Assembly: GCA_018970025.1 (NCBI GenBank)
Contig: JAGWXF010000004.1
Span: forward strand, 63,485 to 127,484
DNA from: Actinomycetales bacterium
GTDB lineage: Bacteria > Actinomycetota > Actinomycetes > S36-B12
Direction: 5' to 3'
Length of the DNA: 64,000 nucleotides
Position numbers and translations under genes: made by a program. The stretch's first letter is position 1; every line of letters starts with the position of its first letter. The notes beneath the pieces are model-generated. The model ran no database searches. It was given only the letters and a program-made list of their open reading frames with translations, and had not been told where the DNA came from. Shown here in pieces: positions 22,222-32,485 of the stretch.

Positions 22222-24849
22222 GTGCCGTCGATCCGCCGTCATCCGAGGTGGTCGCGATGGATCGTCGGTGCGATCGCCGTGGCCATCCTGGCCGCAGCCG
22301 CGCTCATCGGGCTGCTGGCAACGCGTACCGATCCGGTCGGCGACGGGACGTCACTGCGACTGCCGGGTGGGCCGACCTCGGCAATCGATCCGCGCCCGGT
22401 CAGCCTCGATGCATCCCTGTGGCTGCCGGCCCGGACCCCCGCGCCTGCGGTCATCCTGGCCCACGGCTTCGGTGGCTCCAAGGAGTCAGTGCGCACCCAG
22501 GCGGCCGCGCTCACCGACCTCGGCTTCGTCGTCCTGGCCTACTCCGCCCGAGGCTTCGGCACCTCGACCGGCCAGATCTCGGTCAACTCCCCCGATTTCG
22601 AGGTCGCCGACGCACGAGCGCTCATCGACTACCTCGGCACCCGGCCGGAGGTCACGCAGGACGCTCCCCAGGATCCGCGGATCGGGATCGCCGGAGGCTC
22701 CTACGGGGGTGCCCTGGCCCTGCTCACCGCCGGCTACGACCGCAGGGTCGATGCCATCGCAGCCGACATCACCTGGAACGACCTGCAATCCTCCCTCTTC
22801 GGGCAGTCGGCTTCGACCAGCCCCGGGATCGGCGGGCAGGCAGGCGGCATCGGTTCGGGGGTCTACAAGCAGCAGTGGACGAGTTGGTTCTTCAGCGTTG
22901 GCCTGATCGACCCGCAGGTGACCGCGTGCGGTCGCTTCACCCCGCAATGGTGCGCGGCCTACCTCGATGCGGCCGAGCGCGGGCAGGTCAGCGACCAGTC
23001 CAGCGCGCTCATGCGCGCCTCATCCCCGGCGAGCATCACCGACCGGATCACCGTGCCCACCCTCATCGGCGCCGGCGAGGCCGACTCCCTGTTCCCGCTG
23101 GCCCAGGCAAATGCCAATGCCCAGCAGATCATGGCCGCTCATCCGCAGGTGCCGGTGAAGGTCGTGTGGCACGGCGGCGGCCATGACGGCGGGATCGACG
23201 AGTCCGAGCGGATCACCGCGCTGATGGGCGACTGGTTCAGCACGTTCCTCGGTGGCCAGGCCGGCTCAACTAGCCAGGACGGCTCAACCGGCCAGGCCGG
23301 CGCGACCGGCCAGGCCGCGAGCACGACCGACTTCGAGTACACCCGCACCTCCGGGGCCATCTCGACGCAGAACTCGCGCCCGGCTCCGGTCATCCTGCGC
23401 GCCGGTCAGTACCCGGGCCTGTCCGGCACCTCGCAGCTGGACGTCCGGCTCACGCCAGCCGCCCCAGTCCAGCGAGTACTCGCGCCTGCGGGGGGCAGCC
23501 CGGCAGCGATCTCATCCCTGCCGGGGATCGGCGCTGCCATGGGAAGCCTGGGGTCGCTCGCTGCGCTCCCGCTGCCCGGGCAGACCGCTGCCTTCGACTC
23601 CCCGCCGCTGGAGACGGCAGCGACCATCGTCGGCGCCAGTGCCGTCCGACTCCGCCTGTCGGCACCGCAGCCGGTCACCGATGTCGCCCTCTTCGCCAGC
23701 CTGCGCATCGTCTCCCCCGGCGGACGGGAGTTCCTGCCGGCTGGGCTGGTCGCGCCGATCCGCCTGCCCTCCCTCGGCCCGGAGCCCACCGATATCGAGG
23801 TCCAGCTGCCGGCGATCGTGGCGGACGTCAACGTCGGCGACCGGGTGCGACTGGTGGTCGGCACCACGGACCAGGCATATCGGCTGCCCCAGCGGACGGC
23901 GGTCTACCAGGTGGCCCTGGCCGACGAGACGCTGACGATGCCCCTGGTGGCCGGCGTGCCGATAGCCACCGGGATCCCGGCCTACGCCTGGCTGCTGGCC
24001 ACCATCCCGCTCGCCATCGCGGTGCTCATCCTGCTCGCGATCGCGCGCCCGCGACCGTCGCGCCCGGGTCGGCCCCTGGTACGCGAGGACCTCCGCAACG
24101 TGCCGCTGGCCATCGAGGGCCTGTCGAAGACCTACCGCGGCGGACTACGGGCTGTCGACGATGTCTCCTTCACGGTGCCACCAGGCGTCGTCCTGGGCCT
24201 GCTCGGACCGAACGGCGCGGGCAAGACCACCACCATGCGCATGGTCATGGGGCTCATCTCGCCGAGCGCCGGCCAGATCCACGTCTTCGGGCACCTGGCC
24301 TATCCGGGATCCCCGATCCTGGCCCGGGTGGGATCGCTGGTCGAGGGAGCCGGATTCCTGCCGCATCTCACCGGCCGGCAGAACCTGGACCTCTACTGGC
24401 GGGCCAGCGGCCGCGACGGCGACCCATGCCTGGATGAGGTGCTGGATATCGCCGGCCTGGGCAGCGCAATCGACCGAAGGGTCCGCACCTACAGCCAGGG
24501 CATGCGGCAGCGGCTGGGCATCGCCCAGGCCATGCTGGGCAAGCCCGACCTGCTCCTGCTGGACGAGCCCACCAATGGCCTGGACCCGCCGCAGATTCGC
24601 GCCATGCGCGAGGTGATGCAGCGCTATGCGGCCGGTGGGCGGACGGTGATCGTCTCCTCCCACCTGCTCAGCGAGGTCGAGCAGACGTGCAGCCACGTCG
24701 TCGTCATGCACCATGGCCGGCTCGTCGCGACCGGCGAGGTTGCCACCCTGCTGGCCGGCCGCACCGGCCTGCGCCTGGAGGACGTCTTCCTGGAGATCGT
24801 GGGCGAGGGCCATGGCATCGATGACGAGCAGCCTGCGGAGGCACGATGA
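22222..24849 (+). CDS. Fusion of a CocE/NonD (S15) serine hydrolase, a TM helix and an ABC ATPase
   Basis: LAHGFGGSK, YSARGFG, GGSYGG, GEADSLF, GGHDG; TM segment; GPNGAGKTT, YSQGMRQRL, LDEPTNGLD, SSHLL; start GTG 22222 follows TACAGT-N6. Confidence 0.9.
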   Translation: MPSIRRHPRWSRWIVGAIAVAILAAAALIGLLATRTDPVGDGTSLRLPGGPTSAIDPRPVSLDASLWLPARTPAPAVILAHGFGGSKESVRTQAAALTDLGFVVLAYSARGFGTSTGQISVNSPDFEVADARALIDYLGTRPEVTQDAPQDPRIGIAGGSYGGALALLTAGYDRRVDAIAADITWNDLQSSLFGQSASTSPGIGGQAGGIGSGVYKQQWTSWFFSVGLIDPQVTACGRFTPQWCAAYLDAAERGQVSDQSSALMRASSPASITDRITVPTLIGAGEADSLFPLAQANANAQQIMAAHPQVPVKVVWHGGGHDGGIDESERITALMGDWFSTFLGGQAGSTSQDGSTGQAGATGQAASTTDFEYTRTSGAISTQNSRPAPVILRAGQYPGLSGTSQLDVRLTPAAPVQRVLAPAGGSPAAISSLPGIGAAMGSLGSLAALPLPGQTAAFDSPPLETAATIVGASAVRLRLSAPQPVTDVALFASLRIVSPGGREFLPAGLVAPIRLPSLGPEPTDIEVQLPAIVADVNVGDRVRLVVGTTDQAYRLPQRTAVYQVALADETLTMPLVAGVPIATGIPAYAWLLATIPLAIAVLILLAIARPRPSRPGRPLVREDLRNVPLAIEGLSKTYRGGLRAVDDVSFTVPPGVVLGLLGPNGAGKTTTMRMVMGLISPSAGQIHVFGHLAYPGSPILARVGSLVEGAGFLPHLTGRQNLDLYWRASGRDGDPCLDEVLDIAGLGSAIDRRVRTYSQGMRQRLGIAQAMLGKPDLLLLDEPTNGLDPPQIRAMREVMQRYAAGGRTVIVSSHLLSEVEQTCSHVVVMHHGRLVATGEVATLLAGRTGLRLEDVFLEIVGEGHGIDDEQPAEAR
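23257..23328. repeat. Imperfect 18-bp tandem repeat x4 (QAGSTS/QDGSTG/QAGATG/QAASTT linker)
   Basis: caggccggctcaactagc caggacggctcaaccggc caggccggcgcgaccggc caggccgcgagcacgacc. Confidence 0.75.
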
Positions 24850-25712
24850 CCGCTCCAGAGACGACCGGGTATCGGCCCCGGGCCACCCTGCCGCTGCGCA
24901 TCGAGCTGATCCGGCAGCTGCGGCGCCGGCGAACCCTGGTTGGCTACCTGCTGGTGATCGCCGTGCCGCTCATCGTGGTCGCCGCGGTCACGTTCGGCCC
25001 GTCGTCATCCGGGCAGGGCGATCGCCGGTTCGGCGGCGGCAGCCTGGACCTAGTCGGCCTGGCCACCGCAGGTGCCTGGAACTTCACCGTGACGATGATC
25101 TTCTTCGCCTCCGGCTTCCTGCTGGTGGTCATCGTGGCGATGTTCTGCGGCGACACAGTGGCCAGCGAGGCGAGCTGGTCGACCCTTCGCTACCTGCTGG
25201 CCGCTCCGGTGCCACGCCGGCGGCTGCTGGCCGTCAAGCTCGCCGCCGGGCTGATCCTGACCGCCGGTGCGATTGCAACGCTCATCCTCGCCTCGTACCT
25301 GATCGGCCTGCTGGCCTTCGGCAGCGGTCCGCTCACCACGCCCACTGGCGGGAACTTCGGCGCTGGATCGGCCCTGGGCAGGATCGCGATCATCGGCGGC
25401 TACCTGTTCGTCTCCCTGCTGTTCACCGCGGGCATCGCCTTCCTGATGAGCGTGCTCACCGACGTGCCGCTCGGCGCGGTCGGCACGGCCGTCGTGATCG
25501 TGATCGTCAGCAGCATCCTGGATGCCATCGATGCCCTGGGCTCGCTGCGCGACTGGCTGCCGACCAACTACGGATCCGCCTGGCTCAACGCGCTCAGCCC
25601 CCAGGTCGACTGGACGGACATGGCCAAGGGCTCCGCGCTAGCGATCGGCTGTTTCGTCGTGCTCGTCGGCTATGCCGTCATCCGCTTCGATCGCAAGGAC
25701 GTGCTCTCCTGA
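24846..25712 (+). CDS. ABC-2 type permease
   Basis: GDTVASEASWSTLRYLLAAPVPRRRLLAVK; six TM segments; ends FDRKDVLS. Confidence 0.88.
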   Translation: MTAPETTGYRPRATLPLRIELIRQLRRRRTLVGYLLVIAVPLIVVAAVTFGPSSSGQGDRRFGGGSLDLVGLATAGAWNFTVTMIFFASGFLLVVIVAMFCGDTVASEASWSTLRYLLAAPVPRRRLLAVKLAAGLILTAGAIATLILASYLIGLLAFGSGPLTTPTGGNFGAGSALGRIAIIGGYLFVSLLFTAGIAFLMSVLTDVPLGAVGTAVVIVIVSSILDAIDALGSLRDWLPTNYGSAWLNALSPQVDWTDMAKGSALAIGCFVVLVGYAVIRFDRKDVLS

Positions 25713-26306
25713 GCCGGACCCCCGCGCATCGCGTTCGTCGAGGTGCCGTGCCAGGTCCGCCGGGGTGTCGACATCCCAGCTCCGCGCATCCGGCCAGGTG
25801 ACGGTCGCGACCTGCAGGCCGCTCACCACGGCGCGCATCGACAGCCCGGACGGCCCGCCCGCCGGCCCGCTGGCAGCCCGCACGGCACGCTCGAGGCAGG
25901 CCCGCCGATAGGCCCCGCACAGGTATTGGACCCGGCCCCGGGAGTCGACCGGGATGACGGCCTCGGTCTCCGGGCCGAGTGCCTGCACCAGGCTCACGAC
26001 ATGCGCGGCCGCATGTGGCATGTCGGCTGCCAGCAGGGCCACGATGGACGTCGACACCCGGCGCAGGCCAGCGTCGAGGGCGGCCACCGGCCCGCCGAAC
26101 GGCGGATCCTCGCGAACGACCTCCACCTCGCGGGCAAGGGGCCGCAGGTCCGGCCCGACGATCACGACCGGGATCGGGTCGGGAATGCCGGCCAGCACGT
26201 GATCGATCAGGCGCCTGCCGTGAAGTTCGGCCACTGCCTTGTCCGAGCCGAAGCGCGTGCTGCGGCCGCCGGCGAGGATGATCACCGACCACGGGGGCAC
26301 TGGCAC
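25638..26306 (-). CDS. mobA: Molybdenum cofactor guanylyltransferase (MobA-like NTP transferase)
   Basis: IILAGGRSTRFGSDKA, REDPPFGGPVAAL, LAADMP, WDVDTPADL; start GTG 26306 follows TACCAT-N6. Confidence 0.82.
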   Translation of the reverse strand: MPVPPWSVIILAGGRSTRFGSDKAVAELHGRRLIDHVLAGIPDPIPVVIVGPDLRPLAREVEVVREDPPFGGPVAALDAGLRRVSTSIVALLAADMPHAAAHVVSLVQALGPETEAVIPVDSRGRVQYLCGAYRRACLERAVRAASGPAGGPSGLSMRAVVSGLQVATVTWPDARSWDVDTPADLARHLDERDARGSGSGEHVLAIEADDGIADEHDETADR

Positions 26307-26372
26307 CTGCTGATGGTACGAATGGCAGCGCATCGCCGAGCAGCGCAGGGGCGGCGGCGCACGGACGGAGGC

Positions 26373-27923
26373 ATGATGCGGATTCGAACACCTCGGGCAG
26401 TGGTTGCCGGCATCCTCGGCGCGCTGATGCTGGGCACCAGCCTGGTCGGCCTGGCCGTCGCCCAGGCCGGCGGGCAGGTGCGGGCCGCTGAGGTCGACGG
26501 CATCCCGATGCGCCTGTACGCGACGAAGGCGTCCGCGCCGACCGTCATCATCGCCCACGGCTTCGCTGGCTCGGCGCAGATCATGGATCCCCTGGCCCGC
26601 GGGCTCATGCGACGTGGCTTCACCGTCGTCAGCTACGACACCGACGGTCACGGAGCCAACCCCGTCCCGCTTCGGATGGACGACGCGGCAAGCCGGGCAG
26701 CGACCGATGCACTGCAGGAGCGACTGCGCACGGTGGTCGACTGGGCGAGCAGCCAGCCCGAGGTCGATCCGGATCGGCTGGCCCTGCTCGGCCACTCGAT
26801 GGGCGCAGGTGCCGTGGTGGCGTACGCCGCCGATGATGCGGAAGGGCAGATCAGCGCGACGGTCGCGCTCTCGCTGCCCAGCGCGGATGCCATCGCGCCG
26901 GGCGAGCCGGCGCTGCCCCGCAACCTGCTGCTGGCGGTCGGTGCCCTCGAGCCGGCCTCCTTCCAGACGGCGGCGCTGGCGGGGGTGCGGGCGGCCTATC
27001 CCGATGCGGTCATCGGGGCCGCCTATGGCAATCCGGCGGACGGCACGGCCAGGAGCGCGGTCACGATCCCGGGGGTCGAGCACATCGGGATCGTCTTCTC
27101 CGGTGCGGCATCGGACGCCGCTGCCGACTGGCTCGCGACGGGCCTCGATGTGCCGACGACTCCGGGGAGCGTGGCGCCCGTGCTGCTGTGGGTCGTGCTC
27201 GCGCTCATCGGTGCCGGCCTGCTCCTGGTACCCATCGGCGGCTGGGCCCTGGGGATCGACGGCGAGTCGGCGACGGCCGTCCCGGGCTGGCAGGCCCTGC
27301 TCGCCTGCCTGGCGGCCGCGGTGCTCGCATCGCTCATCGCCCGGCTGACCACCCCGCTGCACGTGGTCATGCCGATCGCCGTCGGCGGCTATGTCACCTG
27401 CTGGTTCCTGGTCGCCGGCGCAGCCACCTGCCTGGGGTGGTGGCTGCGCTGGCGGCACGCCCTCGGCGCCCCGGTCGTGACGGGCCGGGCGATCGGCGGC
27501 GGCCTGCTGGTCGCCGCGATCGCCGTCCTGGCCCTGGCGGTGCCCGGCCGGCTGGCCTGGGCTCCCTTCGCGCTCGTCGGCACCCGACCGCTGGCCCTGC
27601 TGGCCCTGCTCATCGCCTTCGGCGCCTACTTCGCCGGCGACGCCCTGCTCGCGCGGGATCGGGGCTTCGGCGCCCGACTGGGCCTGATGCTGGGGTCTCG
27701 GGTGATCGCCGTGGCCGTGATCCTCGCCTCGGTCCCGCTGCTGCAGGCACCCGGCTTCCTGATGCTGCTGCTGCCGCTCATGGTGCTGCTGTTCGTCTTC
27801 CTCGCCTGGTACGCCGCGGTCGTCATCGGGTACCGCAATGGGTGGCTGGCCGCCGTCCTCGTCCAGGCGATCCCGCTCGCGGCCCTCGTTGCCACGACCT
27901 TCCCGCTGGTGGCCTCTCCTTAG
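26373..27923 (+). CDS. Alpha/beta hydrolase with multi-pass membrane C-terminal domain
   Basis: IAHGFAGS, DTDGHGAN, LLGHSMGA, PGVEHIG, followed by about 8 TM helices. Confidence 0.82.
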   Translation: MMRIRTPRAVVAGILGALMLGTSLVGLAVAQAGGQVRAAEVDGIPMRLYATKASAPTVIIAHGFAGSAQIMDPLARGLMRRGFTVVSYDTDGHGANPVPLRMDDAASRAATDALQERLRTVVDWASSQPEVDPDRLALLGHSMGAGAVVAYAADDAEGQISATVALSLPSADAIAPGEPALPRNLLLAVGALEPASFQTAALAGVRAAYPDAVIGAAYGNPADGTARSAVTIPGVEHIGIVFSGAASDAAADWLATGLDVPTTPGSVAPVLLWVVLALIGAGLLLVPIGGWALGIDGESATAVPGWQALLACLAAAVLASLIARLTTPLHVVMPIAVGGYVTCWFLVAGAATCLGWWLRWRHALGAPVVTGRAIGGGLLVAAIAVLALAVPGRLAWAPFALVGTRPLALLALLIAFGAYFAGDALLARDRGFGARLGLMLGSRVIAVAVILASVPLLQAPGFLMLLLPLMVLLFVFLAWYAAVVIGYRNGWLAAVLVQAIPLAALVATTFPLVASP

Positions 27924-29302
27924 GGGCCCGGGGCCATGAGCGCTTGGCCAGCGGCTGCTCGCGCCACGTCTGCCTGACCGCGACGGACATTCAGGCGCGA
28001 CAGCAGCACGCCGCCGATGGCGAAGAAGACCACCAGCGCCAGGATGGCCACCCGGTACGACCCGAGGAACTGCAGGGTCACCGCGAAGATGAGCGGGCCC
28101 AGGATCGAGCTCGCGCCGCTGGAGACCTCGTACAGGGAGAAGTACTCCGCCTCGCGGTCGCGCGGCACGAGCTGGGCGAAGAGCGAGCGGGCCAGCGCCT
28201 GGCTGCCGCCCAGGACGAACCCGATGCAGGCTGCCAGCACCAGGTACAGGGTCGCCACGCCTGCCGGGATGAGGTAGGCCGCGAAGACCATGACCGCCCA
28301 GAGCGCGATCGAGGCCAGCACCACGCGCTTGGCTCCCAGCGGGCCGGCAGCCCAGCCCATGATGAGCGCACCGCCGATGCCGACGACCTGCACGACGAGC
28401 ACTGAGACGATCACGGTGGTGGTCGGCAGGCCGAGCTCCTCCTGCGCGTAGGTTGCCGACAGGCCGATGACGGTCTGGATGCCATCGTTGAAGAAGAAGA
28501 ACGCAACGAGGAACAGCAGGGCCTGCGGATATCGAGGCAGCTCGCGCAGGGTATGACCCAGCTGCCGGAACCCGCTGAGCATCCCGGTCGCGCCCGTCGG
28601 CCGATCGATGCCGGTGGCGGTGGCTCGCCCGCGGCGCAGTCGCGACAGGGGGATGAGGGAGAAGATCGCCCACCAGGCCCCGGCAGAGAGCAGTGAGATA
28701 CGCACGGCCATCGACTCGGTCAGCCCGAAGGAGTCGTGGCCGAGGAACAGGGCCAGGTTGACGATCAGCAGGATGATCCCGCCCGCGTAGCCAAGCGCCC
28801 AGCCGCGCGCGGAGACACCGTCCCGCTCATCCGGCTCGGCGATATCCGGCAGGTACGAGTTGTAGACGACCAGGCTGGTGCCGAACGCCACGTTCGCGAT
28901 GACGAACAGGATGCCGCCGAGCTGGTAGCCGGTGCCCTCGAGGAAGAACATCCCCATGACCGCACCGGCGCCGACATAGGCGCCGATCGCCATCCAGGTC
29001 TTCTTCGATGACGACCGATCCGCCAGCGCCCCGACGAAGGGCATGACCAGCACCTGCAGGATCACCGAGGCGCTCACCACGTAGGGGAAGTACGACTCGA
29101 CCGTGACCGGGAACAGCCCGAACAGGGTGACCGGCTCCCCTGCCTCCGCGGCCGCACGGGCCACCGAGGTCAGGTAGGGCCCGAGGAAGACGGTGATGAC
29201 GGTCGTCGAGAAGGCGGATGATGCCCAGTCGTAGAAGTACCAGCCGCGCTGCTCGCGACGGCGCGCACGAGAAGCATCGCTCGTCTGTACGTCAACGCTC
29301 AT
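27920..29302 (-). CDS. MFS transporter (UMF1/Atg22-like)
   Basis: GWYFYDWASSAF, YNSYLPDIA, SARGWALGYAGG, FFNDGIQTV, GGSQALARSLF, EAEYFSLYE. Confidence 0.9.
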   Translation of the reverse strand: MSVDVQTSDASRARRREQRGWYFYDWASSAFSTTVITVFLGPYLTSVARAAAEAGEPVTLFGLFPVTVESYFPYVVSASVILQVLVMPFVGALADRSSSKKTWMAIGAYVGAGAVMGMFFLEGTGYQLGGILFVIANVAFGTSLVVYNSYLPDIAEPDERDGVSARGWALGYAGGIILLIVNLALFLGHDSFGLTESMAVRISLLSAGAWWAIFSLIPLSRLRRGRATATGIDRPTGATGMLSGFRQLGHTLRELPRYPQALLFLVAFFFFNDGIQTVIGLSATYAQEELGLPTTTVIVSVLVVQVVGIGGALIMGWAAGPLGAKRVVLASIALWAVMVFAAYLIPAGVATLYLVLAACIGFVLGGSQALARSLFAQLVPRDREAEYFSLYEVSSGASSILGPLIFAVTLQFLGSYRVAILALVVFFAIGGVLLSRLNVRRGQADVARAAAGQALMAPGP

Positions 29303-29339
29303 CCCGGCTCCTGTCGCACGATCCGCCGCCGCTCGCACG

Positions 29340-30053
29340 TCACCTTGGCACAGGAACAGTAAAGCACTGCAGGGCATCGACATCGGTGGCGTCGTCCACC
29401 AGGACCCCCCAGCCGTTCTGGCCCGCTATGCGCCGTAGGTGCGGATCGGGCTTCACGGCTACCGGATGGCCGACCAGGGTGAGCAGCGGCAGGTCGTTGA
29501 CGGAGTCGGTGAACGCCCAGCTATCGCGCGGATCGAGGTCATGCGACTCGAGCATCGAGGCAACCCGATGGGCCTTCATCGCCCCGTGCGCGATCGGCGA
29601 GTCAAGCCGGCCGGTGTACCGGCCATCCACCACCTCACCCTGCGTCCCGATCGCTCCGGTCAGGTGCAGCCGAGCGGCAACTGCCTGCGCGAGTTCCTGC
29701 GGGCTCGCCGTGGCGATGAACACCGGGATGCCAGCCTGGCAGATCCGCTGCGCGAGGTCCGCTACCCCGGTGATCACGAACCGATCGAGGCTTCGCTGGG
29801 TGAAGGCCATTGCCAGGTCAGCGAGGTGCGCCTGCTCCCAGCCACGCGCCAGTCCCAGGGTGCACCGGGCAATGCGCTCCGGCATGCCTGCCTGCTCCTG
29901 ACGACCGCGCGCGTACCGGCACTCGGCGAGCGCGAACGGCAGCAGGTGCCGTGGGTGCAGCACACCCCTGCGGACGAGTCCTGCCCCGAAGTGGAAGAGG
30001 AAAGAACCGCGGACCAGTGTGTTGTCGAGGTCGAAGACGGCAGCTCCAGCCAT
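29340..30053 (-). CDS. HAD-IB family phosphatase (SerB-like)
   Basis: AVFDLDNTL, IATAS, GAMK, AFTDSVNDLPLL..VGHPVAVKPD; TACCTT-N6-ATG. Confidence 0.88.
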   Translation of the reverse strand: MAGAAVFDLDNTLVRGSFLFHFGAGLVRRGVLHPRHLLPFALAECRYARGRQEQAGMPERIARCTLGLARGWEQAHLADLAMAFTQRSLDRFVITGVADLAQRICQAGIPVFIATASPQELAQAVAARLHLTGAIGTQGEVVDGRYTGRLDSPIAHGAMKAHRVASMLESHDLDPRDSWAFTDSVNDLPLLTLVGHPVAVKPDPHLRRIAGQNGWGVLVDDATDVDALQCFTVPVPR

Positions 30054-30186
30054 GCGCTGAAGGTATCCCGGCATCACTGCGCCGATGCGTGCCTGAAGGC
30101 GGTGACCGGAAAGAGTTCGACCATCATTCGCCGAATCGTCACCCGCCCCGCGCATGCCGATCACCTGGGTACGACGGGCTGTACCC

Positions 30187-31308
30187 ATGCGAGTTGCGAT
30201 CGTGACCGAGGCCTATCTCCCGAGAGTCAACGGCGTGTCGAACTCAGTGGTGCAGGTCGCTCGGGAGCTGGGCCGGCGCGGCGTTGCGCATCTGGTCATC
30301 GCCCCCGGCAGCCCCGGCCATGCGGACCCAGGCGACGTCCCGGTGAGCCGGGTCCGGTCCATCGAGGTCCCGGGAATCCACGACGTCGATGTTGCGATCA
30401 CGCGATCGACCAGCCTGGTCGGCGTCCTTCGTGCCTTCGGGCCGACGGTCGTCCACCTGGCCTCACCGTTCATCCTCGGCTCCCGCGGCCTGGCAGCCGC
30501 TCGGACCCTTGGGATCCCGTCTGTCGCGGTCTTCCAGACGGACGTGGCCGGATTCGCACGGCACTACGGGCTCTCGCGCCTGTCGTTCGTGGCCGACTCG
30601 ATCGTCCGCCGGGTCCATCGCGATGCCACCATCACCCTGGCACCATCGCGGGCCTCACAGCACTACCTGACCAGCCTGGGCATCGCCGGCGTGCGCCGGT
30701 GGGGCCGCGGGGTCGACCTGGACCGATTCACGCCCGACGCGCGATCCCATGCGCTGCACCACCGGCTGGGGGGCGGCCGCCCGCTGGTCGGCTACGTCGG
30801 ACGCCTGGCTCCGGAGAAGCGCATTGAGTCGCTCGCCCAACTCGCTGACCGTGATGACCTGCAACTGGTGATCATCGGCGATGGCCCAAGTCGCGCGGAC
30901 CTCGAGCGGCAGCTGCCGGCTGCCCGCTTCACCGGACGACTCAACGGCGAGGCGCTCGTTTCGCACCTGGCATGCCTCGATGTCCTGGTCGCCCCCGGGG
31001 AGCAGGAGACGTTCTGCCAGGTCATCCAGGAGGCAATGGCCTGCCAGGTACCCGTGGTCGCACCTGCAGTCGGCGGCCCGCTTGACCTCGTGGACCACGG
31101 CCGGACGGGGCTGCTCTATCGGCCCGGTAATGCCGATGACCTGCGTGCCTGTGTCGAGCGCCTGCTCGAGGATCCCGCACGTGCCCGAGCGCTTGCCGCT
31201 GCTGGGCGGCACTCAGTGGCCACGCGCGACTGGCAGGCGCTCACCGACGAGCTGATCGAGCACTACCGCGACGCCATGGAGACGCGGCCGCAGGTCCTGG
31301 CAGCGTGA
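30187..31308 (+). CDS. GT4 glycosyltransferase (MgtA/SQD2-like glycolipid synthase)
   Basis: MRVAIVTEAYLPRVNGVSNSV, VHLASPF, FQTDVAGF, WGRGVD, VGRLAPEK, ETFCQVIQEAMA. Confidence 0.88.
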   Translation: MRVAIVTEAYLPRVNGVSNSVVQVARELGRRGVAHLVIAPGSPGHADPGDVPVSRVRSIEVPGIHDVDVAITRSTSLVGVLRAFGPTVVHLASPFILGSRGLAAARTLGIPSVAVFQTDVAGFARHYGLSRLSFVADSIVRRVHRDATITLAPSRASQHYLTSLGIAGVRRWGRGVDLDRFTPDARSHALHHRLGGGRPLVGYVGRLAPEKRIESLAQLADRDDLQLVIIGDGPSRADLERQLPAARFTGRLNGEALVSHLACLDVLVAPGEQETFCQVIQEAMACQVPVVAPAVGGPLDLVDHGRTGLLYRPGNADDLRACVERLLEDPARARALAAAGRHSVATRDWQALTDELIEHYRDAMETRPQVLAA

Positions 31309-31369
31309 TGGGAACACGTGTGAGCGGCGCGCGCCTGACCGATCCAGCCCCGAGGGCCCAGGCATTGCC

Positions 31370-32485
31370 ATGGCCGTAATCGCGCACCTCGCGAACTTCT
31401 ACGGCCCCCGCAGCGGGGGCCTGCGGACGACGATCGATCAGCTCGCAGCGCAGTACGCCCAGGCCGGTCACCTCATGCACGTCATCGTGCCCGGCCCGCA
31501 CGATCGCGCTCTGCTGACCCCGCACGCCGTCATCCACGAGATCGGCGCCCCGCGGATTCCGGGCAGCGGCGGCTACCGGGCGATCCTGCGGCTGACAGCG
31601 GTGCGACAGGCCCTCAGCCAGATCCGGCCGGAGGTCATCGAGCTGTCGGATCGAACCACGATGCTGCCCATCGCCACCTGGGCCCGACGACGAGGCATGC
31701 CGGTCACGTTCATCGCCCATGAGCGGGTTGATGGCGTCCTGCACGCCTTTGCCCCCCGGCTGCCGGCCCTGCCGCTGGCGAATCGATGGAATCGGACCAC
31801 GGCCGCCCGCGTCGACCAGGTCGTGGCCACCACGGGCTTCGCAGCAGCCGAGTTCGTCCGCATCGGCGTGCCCGTGACCATGGTGCCGCTCGGGGTCGAC
31901 ACCTCGGCCTTCGGCCCCAGCCGTGCGAACCCGCACTGGCGTGCCCAGTTCCCGGCGAGTGTCCTGCTCATCATCGCCAGCCGGCTCTCCCGGGAGAAGC
32001 GCCCCGAGTTCGCCCTCGATGTCCTGCGGTCCTGCCGCCGGCTTGGCATGGACACCCACCTGATCGTCCTCGGCGATGGCCCGCTTCGGCCCGCGATGGA
32101 GCAGGCGGCCGTCGGTCTGCCCGTCACCTTCCTGGGCTTCGTCTCGAATCGGTCGCAGGTTGCCCAGATCCTCGCGAGCGCGGATGTCGCCCTGGCCCCG
32201 GGCCCGATCGAGACCTTCGGCCTGGCTGCACTCGAGTCGATGGCCAGCGGTACGCCGGTGATCGCGAACGAGGCCTCGGCCCTGGCCGAGATCCTCGCCT
32301 CGGGAGGCGGCCTGGTGCGTCCCCTGGACGCCGATGCCTGGGCCGGTGCGGTGGCGGACCTGCACGCCGACATGGGCATTGCCAGTCGCGCGCGACTGAC
32401 GGCGGAGGGCTACTCCTGGGAGGCGACGGCTCGTCGAATGCTCGCGGCGCACGGGTTGCCCGCACAGCAGGCAGCGGCGACATGA
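31370..32485 (+). CDS. GT4 glycosyltransferase
   Basis: ANFYGPRSGGLRT, ELSDRTT, PLGVD, SRLSREKRP, ETFGLAALESMASGTP. Confidence 0.88.
   Translation: MAVIAHLANFYGPRSGGLRTTIDQLAAQYAQAGHLMHVIVPGPHDRALLTPHAVIHEIGAPRIPGSGGYRAILRLTAVRQALSQIRPEVIELSDRTTMLPIATWARRRGMPVTFIAHERVDGVLHAFAPRLPALPLANRWNRTTAARVDQVVATTGFAAAEFVRIGVPVTMVPLGVDTSAFGPSRANPHWRAQFPASVLLIIASRLSREKRPEFALDVLRSCRRLGMDTHLIVLGDGPLRPAMEQAAVGLPVTFLGFVSNRSQVAQILASADVALAPGPIETFGLAALESMASGTPVIANEASALAEILASGGGLVRPLDADAWAGAVADLHADMGIASRARLTAEGYSWEATARRMLAAHGLPAQQAAAT

Noticed and set aside
25638-28673. 1011-aa minus-strand ORF
   Set aside because: Only the last ~222 aa (MobA) look real. The rest is the antisense shadow of the plus-strand hydrolase and an off-frame part of the MFS gene, as expected in high-GC DNA.
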